A DNA stretch of 64,000 nucleotides from Squalus acanthias (GCA_030390025.1 CM059432.1:117244001-117308000), one strand, 5' to 3'; shown: positions 24,643 to 37,944, counted from the stretch's first letter. Translations and numbers: made by a program. The notes: generated by a model from the letters alone, not told the origin.

Positions 24643-26166
24643 TGGGGGAGGATAGCGCGGAAGGGCTTGCCATAATTTTCCAATCTTCCCTAGATGCAGG
24701 GGAGGTGCCTGAGGATTGGAAAGTGGCAAATGTGACACCATTGTTCAAGAAAGGGTGTAAGGACAATCCTAGTAACTACAGGCCGATCAGTTTAACATCA
24801 GTGGTGGGTAAAGTTTTAGAAAGAATAATCAAGGAAAAAATTAACGGGCACCTGGAGAGGTTTAAGCTAATTAAGGAGAGCCAACACGGATTTGTAAAAG
24901 GCAGATCATGTTTGACTAATCTAATTGAATTTTTTGATGAAGTAACAGGGAGGATTGATGAAGGGAATGCAATGGATGTTGTCTACATGGATTTTAGGAA
25001 GGCTTTTGACAAAGTACCACATAGAAAGCTGGTTAACAAAATTGAGGCTCATGGAATAGATGGGTCAGTGGCAGCTTGGATAAGGAATTGGCTTAAGGAC
25101 AGAAAACAGCGAGTTGTGGTAAATGGCTGTTTTTCAGACTGGAGGATGGTAGACAGTGGTGTTCCCCAAGGATCAGTGCTGGGGACACTGCTTTTACTGA
25201 GATATATATATATAAATGACCTGAATATTGGAAGACAAAGTAGAATTTCTAAATTTGCCAATGTCACCAAACTTGGAGGTGTGGCAAACAGTGAGGATAA
25301 TACCAATCGACTGCAACAGGACATAGAAAGGCTAGCAGAATGGGCAGACAAGTGGCAGATGGAATTTAATACAGCGAAGTGTGAGGTGATACATTTTGGC
25401 AGAAGGAACAGGAAGAGGCAATATACACTTAATGGCACAGTTTTAAAGAGTGTGCAGGGACAGAAGGACCTGGGAGTTTATGGGCATAGGTCCCTGAAGG
25501 TGGCAGGACATATTGAGAGAGTGGTTAGCAAAGCATATGGGATCTTGGGTTTCATAAATAGAGGTATTGAGTGTAAAAGTAGAGAAGTTATGCTGAACAT
25601 TTATAAAGCGCTGGTTAGGCCACAACTGGAGTATTGCGTCCAGTTCTGGTCACCACATTTTAGGAAGGATGTGAAGGCCCTTGAGAGAGTACAGAGGAGA
25701 TTTACCAGAATGCTTCCGGGGATGGGGGATCTTAGCTACAAGGACAGGTTGGAGAAGCTGGATTTGTTTTCATTAGAGCAAAGGAGGTTGAAGGGTGATT
25801 TGTAGAGGTGTACAAGATTATGGTGGGCTTGGATAGGCTAGACGGGGAAAGGCTGTTCCCACTAGTTGATGGTACAAGGATGAGGGGACACAGATTTAAG
25901 GTTTTGGGCAAGAGATACAGGGGGGACGTGAGGAAAAACTTTTTTACGCAGCGAGTGGTGAAGACCTGGAACTCGCTGCCGACGGAAGTGGTGGAAGCGG
26001 AGACACTCAATGTTTTCAAGGGGAGACTGGATAAGCACTTGAGGGAAATAAACTTGCAGGGCTATGGGGATAGAGCGGGGGAATGGGACTGACTGGATTG
26101 CTCTACAGAGAGCCGGCACAGACTCGATTTGCCAAATGGCCTCCTTCTGTGCCGTTATGACTCTAT
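24643..26166 (+). mobile_element. CR1 LINE, 5'-truncated, RT largely open
   Basis: VPEDWKVANVTPLFKKG, NYRPISLTS, QHGF, DFRKAFDKV, GVPQGSVLG, LEYCVQFWSP; (TATGACTC)n tail continues at 26940 after a MITE. Confidence 0.95.
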
Positions 26167-26939
26167 GGGGTAAAAATTGAGTCGCGCCCCATTTGGGGCG
26201 CTAACCTCGCCGGGGCGCGACTTTTAGCGCCCCGAAAAAATTAGCGGCCCCGCGCCGGAACTTCAGTGGTTGCGCCCCAAGAGGGAAGCGGGGCGCCACT
26301 GGAAGCACCCCGCATCCCTCTTGGGGCGCTGCGAGGGAATATCCTGGCGCTACGTGCCGCAGCGCCACGCGCTGCGGCACGTCGCGCCGCGGTATTGCAG
26401 GCCTTCCTCCCCTTCTTAAAGGGGAGGGACACTGCGCAGCGCGAACCGGGGCCCAGCTGGGCCCCCAGGGATCGGGAGTGCCGGCAAAAGAGCCCGGCAC
26501 TCAAGAGAAGTGCCGGGCTCTTGGAGCGCAGCCGGCACTTCACGGTGGGGGGGCTTCACGGGGGCCAGGGACAGCAACGGGGGCAGGTGCTGGCAGGCGG
26601 CCAGCAACAAAAATGGCCACCTGCCACCTCCCCTTTAAATATCGCCGCCCCGGCCGCACGTACGCCTCCCTGAACCTGTCGGACATAGCGTCTGGCGGTA
26701 AATCAGGGGGTGTGACTGAAGATCACGGCCGGGGCGCGAGCGGGGTGCTGCGCACGGCGATGACGTCATCGCCGGCGGCGCAGCGCCACAGGGCGCTACC
26801 GGCTGCCGCCGCCGCTAACCTCCCGCTGAATTTTTCGGGAGGCGTGGGCGGCGCTGCGCCCGGGCGTTAGCTGCTTTACGCCCCATTAGCGCCCTCTTAA
26901 GGCGCTAACGGGAGGCGCAAGCAGCTGAATTTTTCCCCC
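26167..26939. mobile_element. CpG-rich Harbinger MITE inserted in the CR1 tail
   Basis: TIRs GGGGTAAAAATT/AATTTTTCCCCC; TAT TSD (26164-66, 26940-42). Confidence 0.85.
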
Positions 26940-27116
26940 TATGACTCTATGACATGTATTTCTATTTGTCTCGTTACACAAGTAAATTTGAAAGTCTATT
27001 CAACACATTCTTAGTGCATTAATCTGCTGGTAGAGCTTGAAACAAAAGGCAGGAATTATCAGAGAGCAAACAGTTTCAAAGGAGTTTATATGTACTAGCA
27101 TATAAATATTTAATAT

Positions 27117-28812
27117 TGTAAAATTCGCAATTATCGCGATTCGAAATAACGAGATAAAGCAGATTAATTTCATCAGTTTTATTTAAACAAAATGCTGTCA
27201 TGATTAAACAGGACACAGAAGCCTGTAAAATGGCCGCCGCGCCTCATGGCAGAAGCTTCCAGAATTTTCAGTGGACAGACAAGATGGCGTTCGAATAAAC
27301 ATTTCAGTATAAGATTGGATAATACGCAGCAAACACTGATAAAGACAGGATGCAACCTGTCTGCATTCGACACAATAGCAAGAGATATAAGTGCTGGAAT
27401 CGTTTTCCATGCACAAGTAAGGACCATTGTACTGGGCAATCGAAGGCCCATCCAGATACATCAATACGCAAATTCCCCACGGCTCTACAATGAGAGAGCC
27501 ATTCTCGGGTGCTTACACAAGTATTCGGAGGCCCCCAAAACCCCGCCAGGGAGGCTCCTAGCCGGTTCCACAATGGGAAAAACATTAACGGGTAGTTGGC
27601 CAGTCTCAGGTGCTACCGAAACCCATTACAAACAAGAATCACCCCATACTGGGAATTTTGAGCGCCAAGATTTTACAAAAGATGAACATTAAGATTTGGG
27701 CGGGAGATAAGGGAACCCAGCACTATAACTATAGACAACAAATGTCCATCGGTCTCTTATTCCCTTGATTCGTGCTCTTATCTCTGCGGACTCTTGACTC
27801 AGGCTGAATTCTGCTGGACGAGCAGCCATCTGTTGCCTCTGGTCTCTAGCCGTGCTGGACGGTTACTCGAATGATGGGTGGAGCTCAAGCAGAACGAGCC
27901 GCCCCGACGACGGCCAGTGACCGGGTGCACCATCCCGAGCATCGGTAAACGGTGTTTTGGACCCGAAGGCCCGACAAGACGAGATGAGAAGAAAAGAACA
28001 AGAATCCACGTGCCGCCGCGGTCAGTAAACCCCGACCGCGCCCGTAAATAAAGAGACCATTTTTGAACTCTATCAGGTTGCTGCCGAACCAGTGGAAGAC
28101 TCTCTTTCGAATTCTATCGACAACCGGTGTCAATACAGGAAGACTCTTCTTTGAATTTCACCGGTTAACTGGTGTCGGTCCAGAAAGACTTTTCTTTGAG
28201 TTCTACAGCCGGGCCCGAGCACTGTCGAGTTCTTCATGACAACGGGGAGCCCAGCCTGCTAGCCGGAGCAGAGAAGATAAACAAGTGGGGTACAGAGACC
28301 CCTTCCAACACGTGACAGTCAGGCGCTGCAGCGAAACGAGCCGAGTGCCTCACTTTAAAATTCTCCGAAGTATCACGAGTGGTGAGCATGTTTCCCGATC
28401 CTACAAATCTAGATTAGTGTAGGTATTGATAGGGGAGGATGGTTTTATTAAGGATAAATATAATGTGTTCCCCTTTTTACAATGTGCCGTGCGTTCCTCA
28501 TTACCCTAGACCAAGTTTTATGAATGTATGTATACTTGTACTGTCATTAATTTGTGCCTATGACATGTACTTCATGATTTTGGACGCTATGCAATAAAGA
28601 TTTCCATTTCGTACTATTCAACCGGGTCTATTTGAGTTTTCTCTGCATTACTGCTCTCGCACCTAAGTCCAGTGTTAGAACCGTAAGGGCGAGTGGGTCG
28701 AACCACTCACAGGTGCTTATTGCAACAAGGCTGGCCGGAGACCAGAGCAAGCAATAGTATTAGGCAACGAAGGCCTAACCCCGCACAAGCACCTACGACC
28801 GAACCCCTTACA
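27117..28812 (+). mobile_element. Solo LTR, family A (1696 bp)
   Basis: TGTAA...TTACA ends, ATAT TSD, AATAAA at 28593; homologous to 33869-35503. Confidence 0.88.
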
Positions 28813-28879
28813 ATATGTTTGAACACAAGCCCTGATATCCTTCACATACAACAGAGCTGAATTTACATTGGAATTCTTC

Positions 28880-29442
28880 TGATCATAGGACCATAGGAAC
28901 AGGAGTAGGCCATTCAGCCTCTCGAGCCTGTTCTGCCATTCAATTGGATCATGGCTGATCTCTATCCTAACTCCATCTGCCTGCTTTGGTTCCATACCAT
29001 TGGATATATGGCACAGAAACAGGCCATTCGGCCCAACCAGTCTATGCCGGCATTTATGCTGCACACGACTCATATCCCTTAATACCTTCACCGAACAAAA
29101 ATCTACCAATCTCAGTTTTGAAATTTTCAATTGATTTGGCCTAAACATCTTTTTCGTGGGGAGAGTTCCAGACTTCCACTGCTCTTTGTGTGAAGAAGTG
29201 CTTCCTGACATTACCCCTGAACGGCCTAGCTCTAATTTTAAGGTTATACCCCTTGTTTTGGACTCCCCCACCAGAGGAAATAGTTTCTCTCCATCAAATC
29301 CATTAATCATCTTAACCACCTCACTTAGATCACCCCTTAATCTTCTATACTCAAGGGAATACAAGCCGAGTAAATGCAACCTGTCCTCATAATTTAACCC
29401 TTTTAGCCTTGGTATCATTCTGGTGAATCTGAGCTGTGCCCC
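28880..29442 (-). mobile_element. CR1 3' fragment with a short second LINE/SINE tail inserted (~29010-29070)
   Basis: LGLYSLEYRRLRGDL, KLFPLVGES; CR1-type 3' UTR and (CATAGGAA)-like tail. Confidence 0.8.
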
Positions 29443-29485
29443 ATGAACAAGCTAGGATTGCCAATGAAGAATTGAAATGTAGACA

Positions 29486-32256
29486 TGGTGAGTGAATTCA
29501 TCTACAAATGCCATATCCCACTAACAGCACCACTAGCCTCACACACTGCTCAATGCACCACACCCCCATCACTCACCTACCTACTATCTCTATCAATCAC
29601 CACTCATACCTCACAATCATAGCTTCACTTCAGCCTCACACACTTACCACTGCTGCAAGCCTCACACCCGCATCTCACACCTTGCAAAAACTACCAGCTA
29701 TTCAACCATGACAGGCACATCATCCACACACATTGCACCGCACTCACTGACACACTTCCATCTCTCTTGCAGGCCAAGGTGGCTCACAACCAGTGTGAGC
29801 AGTAGCAGACAGGCGGGGGTGAAGCACGTCTGCACAACCTGACTCAGCTGGACGAAACAGTGCTGGAGATCATTGGAGGGGCTGTCACTGAGGTCATGAC
29901 GAGCGGTGAGGTTGAAAGCATTGATGATGACGGTATGCTCATACCTAATCCTTCTTCTCACATCCCACTTCCCCCTCAGCGTACAATCTCTTCTCACTTA
30001 CAAACTGCTGATGGTGTAAGCTTGCATATCTTGCTTCCCACCGTGCCCTCCCCCCCTCACCTGACCCTTGTGCCTTTCTCCTTTCAGAACTGCCACCAAC
30101 CCAGCCAGACCATGAACAACTAGAGGAGGAGGGTGATGGAGAAGAAGAGGCACTGCCACTCGATTTGGCGCCCCCTGGCACCAGCTCAGAAAATGCCACT
30201 GCGCAAAATTTAGAGGTTAGTACAGAGGCAGGATCTGCACTTGGTGAGTTATTGAGCACGAGTGGGCAGCAGCCAGGCCAGGGGGAAAGGATAGCTCAAG
30301 TACCACCTCCCTGGAGGGCGAGTTCGCACACGAGTTCTTCTGCACAGGACTCAGATGAGGACTTTGATGGGGCAGCCTTCTGAAGAAGGATGATGGGCAT
30401 GCACACAGAAATGCTAGGTGCAATGGCAAGCCTGCCAGAGGGCCTCTTTTAGTGTCAAGGAGCATGGCAGAGTCCAGCTCCAAAATTGCACGAGGCTTTG
30501 CGTGCAGCTTGGAGCCCATGATTTCCAGAATGGAAGTGATGACCAACTCCATGAGAGAAGTTGTGGACCCAACCATGATGCTGGGTGTGATGGGCGATGT
30601 CGCAGCTTCCACTGCAGCACAAGCAGAAGTGAACCAACATGTGAGTGCTGCAGTGGAAGCTCAGACTGCTGCTATTATCGCTGGGTTTACGTGTGTGGAA
30701 AGGGGCTTGCAGGGTCTCACAGCAGTCCAGCTATCTGTCCTCCAACAGATGGCTAGGAATGCTGAGGCACCATGGAGCAAGATCCTGCTGTCCTCTCTCA
30801 GGATGACAGCATTCCTACTCCCACCACTGCCACTCCGTCAGTGCCCTTGCTGCTGCCTGTTATCCAGCCAGCCCAGACTGCTGCCGTCCATGTCAAGGTG
30901 GTGCAATCTACAGCCGGGCCTTCCAGGCCCAGAGCTACTCGAGTCCTGCAAGGCCATCTGCAGTGTCCACCAGCCATGTTGCAGCCACTGGGGTAGCACT
31001 GAATAGGCAAAGGAACACAAAAGACAGACACTAATGGAATGTACACGGGTGATTAGTTGACTTTTTAATGTAAGTTTCAAATTAATCATTTATAAATTAT
31101 GTTCGGACTGTTTGTTTTGTTGTGGCTTACCTTGAAGCTTTGTGCCCAAGAGGACGCTGTGATGTTCTGTGACAGAGCGATGGTAAGATGGGGAAATGGT
31201 GAGCAACGGGGATCTGGGGTTTCATTCATTGGAACCGGAGTCTGATGAGGCACTCACGGACAGCCTGTCTGGAATGGGGATTTGCTGCCTGCCTCCTCCC
31301 TTCCTCCTCCTCCACCTCCTCCTCATCCTCTTCCTCCTCCTTTTCCTCCTCCTCTTCCACCTCCTCCTCCTCCTCCTTATGTGATCCCACTATCCCTGGT
31401 GGCAAGGGCTCCACCCTCATGATGGCCAAGTTGTGGAGGATGCAGCAGACCATCACAAAATGTACTGGAGAGCTCCTCTTTGCGGTCAAGGTATCGGAAC
31501 CGTTGCTTCAGCACCTCGATAGTCTGCTCGATGAGGTTCCTCGTGGCAGCATGGCTCTCATTATATGAGCGCTGGCCACAAGTGGTGGGGTTGTGGACGG
31601 GAGTCATGAGCCAGGTGCAGAGTGGATGGCCCTTGTCTCCGAGCAGCCACCCTCGGGTTCAATGTGGTTGGCTGGAAGATTGCTGGAACACCTTACTGGT
31701 GCAGGATGAAGGCATCAAGACTGCTGCCTGGGTACCGGGCATTCACCATCATCATGCGCTGGGCGTGGTCGCACACCAACTGCTCATTAAGTGAGTGGTA
31801 ACCTATGTGGTTGCGGTACATTTCAGGATTGATATGCAGAGCCCGCAGATCCACGTTTGTGCAGTCGATGGCGCCCTGCACCTTGGGGAAGCCTGATATC
31901 CTGGCAAAGCCACCTGCGCGCTCCTCCTGCTTCTCTCTGTTCAGAGAGAAGACAACAAAGTCCCTTCTCCTGGAGTACAGAGCCTCTGTGACATCCTGAA
32001 ATCAGTGATGGATGGCGAACTGGAAGATGTTAGCTATGTCTCCTGCTGAAGACTGGAAGAATCCAGTGGCGAAAAAATTGAGGGCCACGTCCGCTTGAGG
32101 GCCACTGACAAACTTATCATCGCCCTGCTCTGACGCTGCAGGTCTGGTTCCAGGAGGTAGCAGAGTTCTGTGAGCACTCCTTTGGTGAAGCGGAGCCTCC
32201 AAATACACTGCTCCTGGCTTAAGTGCAGCTAGGAGTAGTGCTCTTGGAAGACACTA
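29486..32256 (+). mobile_element. Truncated Harbinger element: Myb exons 2-3 (+) and transposase (-)
   Basis: Collinear with 12018-14300. Transposase at 31226-32200 (-) has GAIDCTNV, YPGSSLDAFIL, YNESHAATRNLIEQTI. Confidence 0.82.
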
Positions 32257-32715
32257 GGGCTGCGATTTTGCCTACCGAGGCGGGCTCAGTGCGGCCGAGG
32301 TAGGTGGTGGCTTGCGAGCCCGCTCCCGGCTCCATCCCGCTCTGTGAGAAGAATTTTCCGTTGATTGGGCTTGTCCTGTGAGGTTCCCGGCCACTTAAAA
32401 GGAAGCGGGTCTGATGACGTCATTTGACGACAATTCTAAATTGATTTTGACAGTTGTGCTGTCAGTGTTCTACAGCTTTGAGGTGCTGCAAACACTGACA
32501 ATCACTGCACAGAGGTGCACGGCTGCACCCAGGCGCTCCCATGACTCCCTCCATATGCTTATGGAGGGAGTCACAGCACACAGAGAGGTTCTCGTCCCTT
32601 CCAATGGGCAGAAGAGACCTCCCCAGGAGGCCAACACAGCCTGGTTGCACATTGCACAGGAGGGCACAAGCAGGGATGTGGTCAGGAGGACCAGGCTGCA
32701 GTGGCACAAACTTAT
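32257..32715 (+). mobile_element. Left-end fragment of a second Harbinger-like family
   Basis: Starts GGGCTGCGATTTT; 32440-32710 is nearly identical to 33455-33720. Confidence 0.7.
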
Positions 32716-33245
32716 CATATCCTGAATACAGCTCTGTGCATCGATCATAATGCCATCTTATCTGGAAGGCTATGGGTAAATTTCCCAAGGTTCCTGGCAC
32801 GGTGCCTTACTCAACTATAATTTTTTTTAATTGGAAATATTACAAATCGGCTGCACTGGCCTCTGCACCTAAGTATCTAATTCATGCTCTTTTTTGAAGC
32901 CTTACATGTCAGGAGGTGGTTCTTTCCCCCAGAGAATAGTGGGCCTCTGGAACAGGCTGCCGTCTCGTGCGGTGGATGCCGATTCGCTGAATTCCTTCAA
33001 GCGAGAGCTGGCCCTGTTTCTGGCTGGAGCGGAGATCACCTCGTACAGAAGGTAGGTATTGCAGGGAATTCAGGGCCAGAGTGAGCTCCTGGACTAGTTT
33101 TGATTGCCTAGATGGGTCGGAGAGGAATTTCCCAGGTTTTTTCCCCCCCAAACTGGCCTGGGTTTTTATCTGGTTTTTTGCCTCTCCCAGGAGATCACAT
33201 GGTTTCAGGTGGGGTGAGGTGCAGTGTATATATTGTGATACACAA
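32716..33245 (+). mobile_element. 3' end of a CR1-type LINE
   Basis: Translates to FF.QRIVGLWNRLP and SLNSFKRELALFL, typical of the CR1 ORF2 C-terminus, followed by UTR-like sequence. Confidence 0.55.
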
Positions 33246-33868
33246 GGGCCGCGATTTTACTAACCTCAGCGTGTTGGTGGCGGGTCCCGACCCCGCTGCT
33301 GTCTTCATCCCGGCCTCTGAAATGAATTTCCCCTGATTGGGCTTGTTAAGCCTGCCCAGCGCGTTTCCCGGCCAATTAGAGGAAGCGGGTCTGGTGACGT
33401 CATTTGATGGCGCGTCATCAGCCGGTTTCCTTAAAGGGACCGTGGCCAACTTTATTTTGACAGTTGTGCTGTCAGTGTTCTACAGCATTGAGATGCTGCA
33501 AACACTGACAATCACTGCACAGAGGTGCACGGCTACACTCAGGCTCTCTCATGACTCCCTCCATATGCTTATGGAGGGAGTCACAGCATGCAGGGAGGTT
33601 CTCTTCCCTTCCAATGGGCAGAAGGGACCTCCCCAGGAGACCAACGCAGCCTGGTTGCACATTGCACAGGAGGATACAAGCAGGGATGTGGTCAGGAGGA
33701 CCAGGCTGCAGTGGTGCAAACCTTTCAATGATCCCGGTAGATCACGTTTCTGCCAAGCCACACTCAACCTCATCCTGCTGTGCCACTCATCACATCCCCA
33801 TCGCTCTGCCTTCCCTACCCTACTCCTGCACATCCTTACTCACACCAACTTACCTTGCACCTCCACCC

Positions 33869-35503
33869 TGTAGAATTCGCAATATAATCGCGATTTTATA
33901 AATAAGGAGAAAACACATAGTTTCGTTCAAACAGCTTTATTTCAGCAGAATGCTGTCAGGTTTTCAAAGTGGACACAAGCAGCCTGTAAAATGGCCGCCA
34001 CGCCTCGTGGCAGAACATTCTAGACTTTTCGATAAGCAGACAAGATGGCGTTCCAATAAACATTTGTGCGAGATCGGACAAGACTCAGCACATTTGAGAT
34101 AAATCACAAGACATAATGGGTTTGCATTTTACACATAAATACTGGAATCGGTCTCCCAGGTGCGAATAAGGGCTATTGTACCAAGCGATCAAGAACCCAT
34201 CCAAAGACATTAATATGCAAAATCCCCACGACTGTACGATGAGAGAGCCGTTTGCGGGTAGTTACAGAAACATTTGGAAGCCCCAAAAGCCCTCCAGGGA
34301 GAATACTGACCGGTTACACAATGGGAAAAGTATTAACAGGTACTCAGGCAGTTACGAGTATCACCGAAACCCATTAAACGGAGATCACCCTATACAAGAA
34401 GTTTGAGCACCAAAACCCTAACAAAAGAGAAGACATTAAGGTTGGGCGGGAAAAGAAGAGTTTCAGCACTATAACTGTAAACTACAACCGTCCATCTTTC
34501 TCTTATCCTTTTGACTCCTTGCCGCTTGCCTCGTGTCTCTGCCTCTTGCAGCTCTTGCTGTTTGACTTGCTGAAAGACTGTTGAACTTTCTGATCCGCCA
34601 GGATCAGCCTCGTGGCTTGCCGCGAAGATCTGTGTGGAACTGGGCTGTGAAGCCTTGAAACGGGCACACCATCCCGAGAAGTCGGTAAACGGTGTTGGCA
34701 CCGAAGGCCCGAGATGAGATGAGATGAGATGAGAAGAGAAGAAGACGACAATACATATCGTCACGGTCAGTAAGCCCCGACCGCGCTTGATAAATCGGTA
34801 ACTGCTACCCAACTGGCATCGGAAGACTATTCTTCGAATTTTATCGCATCAGTGCGAGGGCACAGGAAGACTCTTTTTTGAGTAGTATCGGAACTCCGAG
34901 GACAACACAGATCTTCATGACAGCAGACGGTCCAGCCTGCTAGCCGGAGCAGAAACGAGTAAACAAGTGGGGTACAAAGACCCCTGATCAACACGTGGGT
35001 GATCAGGTGCTCCGGTAAAAACATCCGAACAGAGTTTTCGGAATTCTCCGAGTTATCACGAGTGGTGAGCATGAGTCTCGATCCTACAAATCTAGTTTAG
35101 AGCAGGTATTGACAGGGGAGGGTTTAAGTTTTAAGGATAACTGTAATGTGTGCCCCCATTTACGATGTGTCATTCGTTCCTCGTTTCCCTAAAATTGTTA
35201 CATAACTGCGTGTAAGATTGTACTGTCATTAATCTGTGCTTATGACATGTATTTCGTAATCTTGAATAATATGCAATAAAGATTTTCCATTTCGTACCAT
35301 TCAACCGGGTCTACCTGAGTTTTCTCTCCATTATTGCTCTCGCACCTAAGTCCAGTGTCAGAACCGTAAGGGCGAGTGGGTCGAACCACTCACAGGGGTC
35401 TAGTGTTACCAGGCTGGCTGGAGACCAGAACAGGCAACAAGGCCCAACCTCGCACTAGCACCCAGGCTGAGCACAGAGCCACACACAAGTCAAAACCCTT
35501 ACA
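33869..35503 (+). mobile_element. Solo LTR, family A (1635 bp)
   Basis: TGTA...TTACA ends, ACCC TSD, AATAAA at 35275. Confidence 0.88.
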
Positions 35504-36111
35504 ACCCATCCTTCTCTATCTACATTATTACTTCCCATCTCACTAGCCACCCCTCACACTCATCCTCATCCTACTGCAAGCATACCAACTAATAACACAC
35601 AAGGGTAGGCACTTGGGTGTTTTAGCCAATGTTCATGTGAAGTTTCTGGTAATGTGCTGTCAAACATTGAAATCTTTATTTTCAAACCTTTGCGTTCTTG
35701 GACAGATTTGTATGCACCTTTGGAAGTGGCTTAGTGAGTGCCAGTGAATGGTGAGCATTAGGGTACCCCTTGCAATGGTGATGAGTGTGAAAGGAATGGC
35801 TTGGACATTGTAGGGATGCTTTATGGTGTTGGTGTGGGGTGGTGCCAACCTGGCGCATCATGTGAAGTAAATCATGGCTATGGTGTGGCCATCCCTGGCG
35901 TCCTGGGCAGCAATGTGGTCGGGTGCTGATGCCCTCTGTCCTGTGCAGCATCAGGTGATTACGGAGAAGGTTGGTGTTGTTGTTGGTGGTGCTGGTGTGC
36001 CTGGTGCTGCTGGTGTTGGGGCTGATCGTGATGGGATTCTGAGGACCAAGGTGAGATTTTTTCAAGGTACTGATGCTGCTGGAATAGATGGCAACTCAAG
36101 TTGAGAAGACA

Positions 36112-36474
36112 ACACGGTGGCATAGTGGTTAGCACTGTTGCCTCACAGTGCCAGGGACCCGGGTTCGTAAAGCGGCTTTGGGTGACTGTCTGTGTGGAGT
36201 TTGCACATTCTCCCCGTGTCTGCGTGGGTTTCCTCCGGGTGCTCCGGTTTCCTCCCACAGTCCAAAGATGTGCGGGTTAGGTTGATTTGGCTATGATAAA
36301 TTGACCCTTAGTGTTAGGGGGGATTAAATACATGGGGTTACAGGGATAGGGTGGGATATGTTAGGGGGGATTAAATACGTGGGGTTACGGGGATAGGGTG
36401 GGATATGTGTCGGTGCAGGCTCGATGGGCTGAAATGGCCTCTATCTGCACTGTGGGGATTCTGTGATTCTGTGA
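36112..36474 (+). mobile_element. HE1-like V-SINE (tRNA head, V domain, CR1-like tail)
   Basis: A box TGGCATAGTGG, B box GGTTCG, V-domain CTGTGTGGAGTTTGCACATTCTCCCCGTGTCTGCGTGGGTTTCCTCCGGGTGCTCCGGTTTCCTCCCACA, (ATTCTGTG)n tail; internal ~48-bp tandem duplication. Confidence 0.88.
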
Positions 36475-37944
36475 CAGAAGCGATCTGTCAATGGTGAGAG
36501 AGCTTGCTCCAAGGAGGTGACAGTGGATAGAGAGTTCGCTCCAAACACTTCCAAACTGCATAAAGCTTAAAAGTGGGTTCCCGATCATGAAGGCTCCAGC
36601 TTCAGTTGTGAAATGGTAGGTTTTATACCACTTTTGCAGCTGTCACCTATTCACAGCAATGGAGAGTCATTGAGAACACAACATACTTTCATAACGTGAT
36701 ACCCGTTCTCTGGGAACCTTGTTAAAAACCTGGTAAAATGGTAAGTACATGGGAAAATGGCGCTTAACTACCTTTTAACAAGATTTTAAGTATCTAGATT
36801 GGCTGACCCGCCGCTTGGTGTCGGGGTCTGTTCAGGGATAACAGACCCGACACTTGGGAAACTGACAAGGAGGTGGGTTTACAGCGGGATACCGACCCGC
36901 TGTCAATCTTTGTGATTTTGACAGTGGAAATGCCTCCAAACCTGTACTCCGAGCACCAGTAAAATTCCAGCCTAGGTGTGTAACGCCTCCAGTTGAGAGC
37001 CTTCCTGCCCCTCCTCCCTCTGCGAGTAGCTTATCCTCTTCGCTGCCTCTGCTCCATCTCCCTGTCATGCTGCAGCGCGAGGGGGACTGCAAGTCGAGCC
37101 CCCATGACTGGGATCAAGTGGTCCGACCAGAACCCTTGAATTCAGTAGCAAGGCTTTCTCCACTTTAAACAACTCTAGAAAGCTCCAGACAGTTGCACAA
37201 ACTTACACAGAGCCAGTAGAAATCAAAAAGCAACTTACCTGAAAGTTGATGATCCATTAAATATCGCTGGTGGGGGGTCCCTCGTGCAGCACACGTGCAT
37301 GCTGTGGAGAGGGCGTACAATCGAGTGGCGATGTCCAAAATAGCAGGTCGTGCGTCAAATCAGCATTGCACACTGATTGACGTCACGATCTGTCTCATTT
37401 GCATTCTTCTGCTGAACGCAGACAATGGCCGTGCTACCGACCTGTCCAAAATGGCGACTTCTACGGCTCACGCTGGAAGTGGCCGGAAGCGAGGCGGCTG
37501 CCATTTTTCTGCCAAAACCACCCTAAATGCCGGCGCTAAGAGGGGGAATTTTGCGGCTTGTGTGTTTCACATGTGCCTCCAAGTACGGTTTTCCAATCTT
37601 CCAGTAGGTGGACTGAAAGCACTTCAGTGAGACGAGGCTGGATACGAATCATTAAACTTCTGTTTTTCAGGCAGCAATTGAACCTTCAACAGTTAAATTG
37701 CAAAATAAACACACAATATAACAATAATAACAACTTGCATTTATATAGCTTCTTTAACGTATCAAAATGTCCACGGGCGCTTCACAAGAGCGTTATCAAT
37801 AAAAAAAAAAATTACATCAAGCTACAGAAGGAGTTATCAGGACAGATATAGGTTTTAAGGAGCATCAAAAAGGAGGAGAAAAATATACAACATCATTATT
37901 ATTTTATAATATACCATTATGAAACCTTCATGTCAGTTTCATAT

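Larger units (their letters stand above)
23910..26996. mobile_element. Foldback/MITE-like element with ~100-bp terminal inverted repeats; right arm split by a CR1
   Basis: 23910-24013 is the reverse complement of 24583-24642 joined to 26952-26996; ACAT is duplicated at the CR1 junctions. Confidence 0.7.
33246..37557 (+). mobile_element. Non-autonomous Harbinger-like element containing a solo LTR and an HE1 SINE
   Basis: Ends GGGCCGCGATTTT ... AATTTTGCGGC; Myb exon 1 remnant at 33520-33735; right end similar to 14280-14905. Confidence 0.65.

Noticed and set aside
26201..26870. CpG-island promoter or GC-rich genes
   Set aside because: Entirely within a TIR- and TSD-bounded MITE; the ORFs reflect low stop-codon frequency.
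28717..29418. 233-aa ORF
   Set aside because: Read-through from a CR1 fragment across its UTR into an antisense LTR.
36112..36185. tRNA gene
   Set aside because: It is the tRNA-derived head of a V-SINE.
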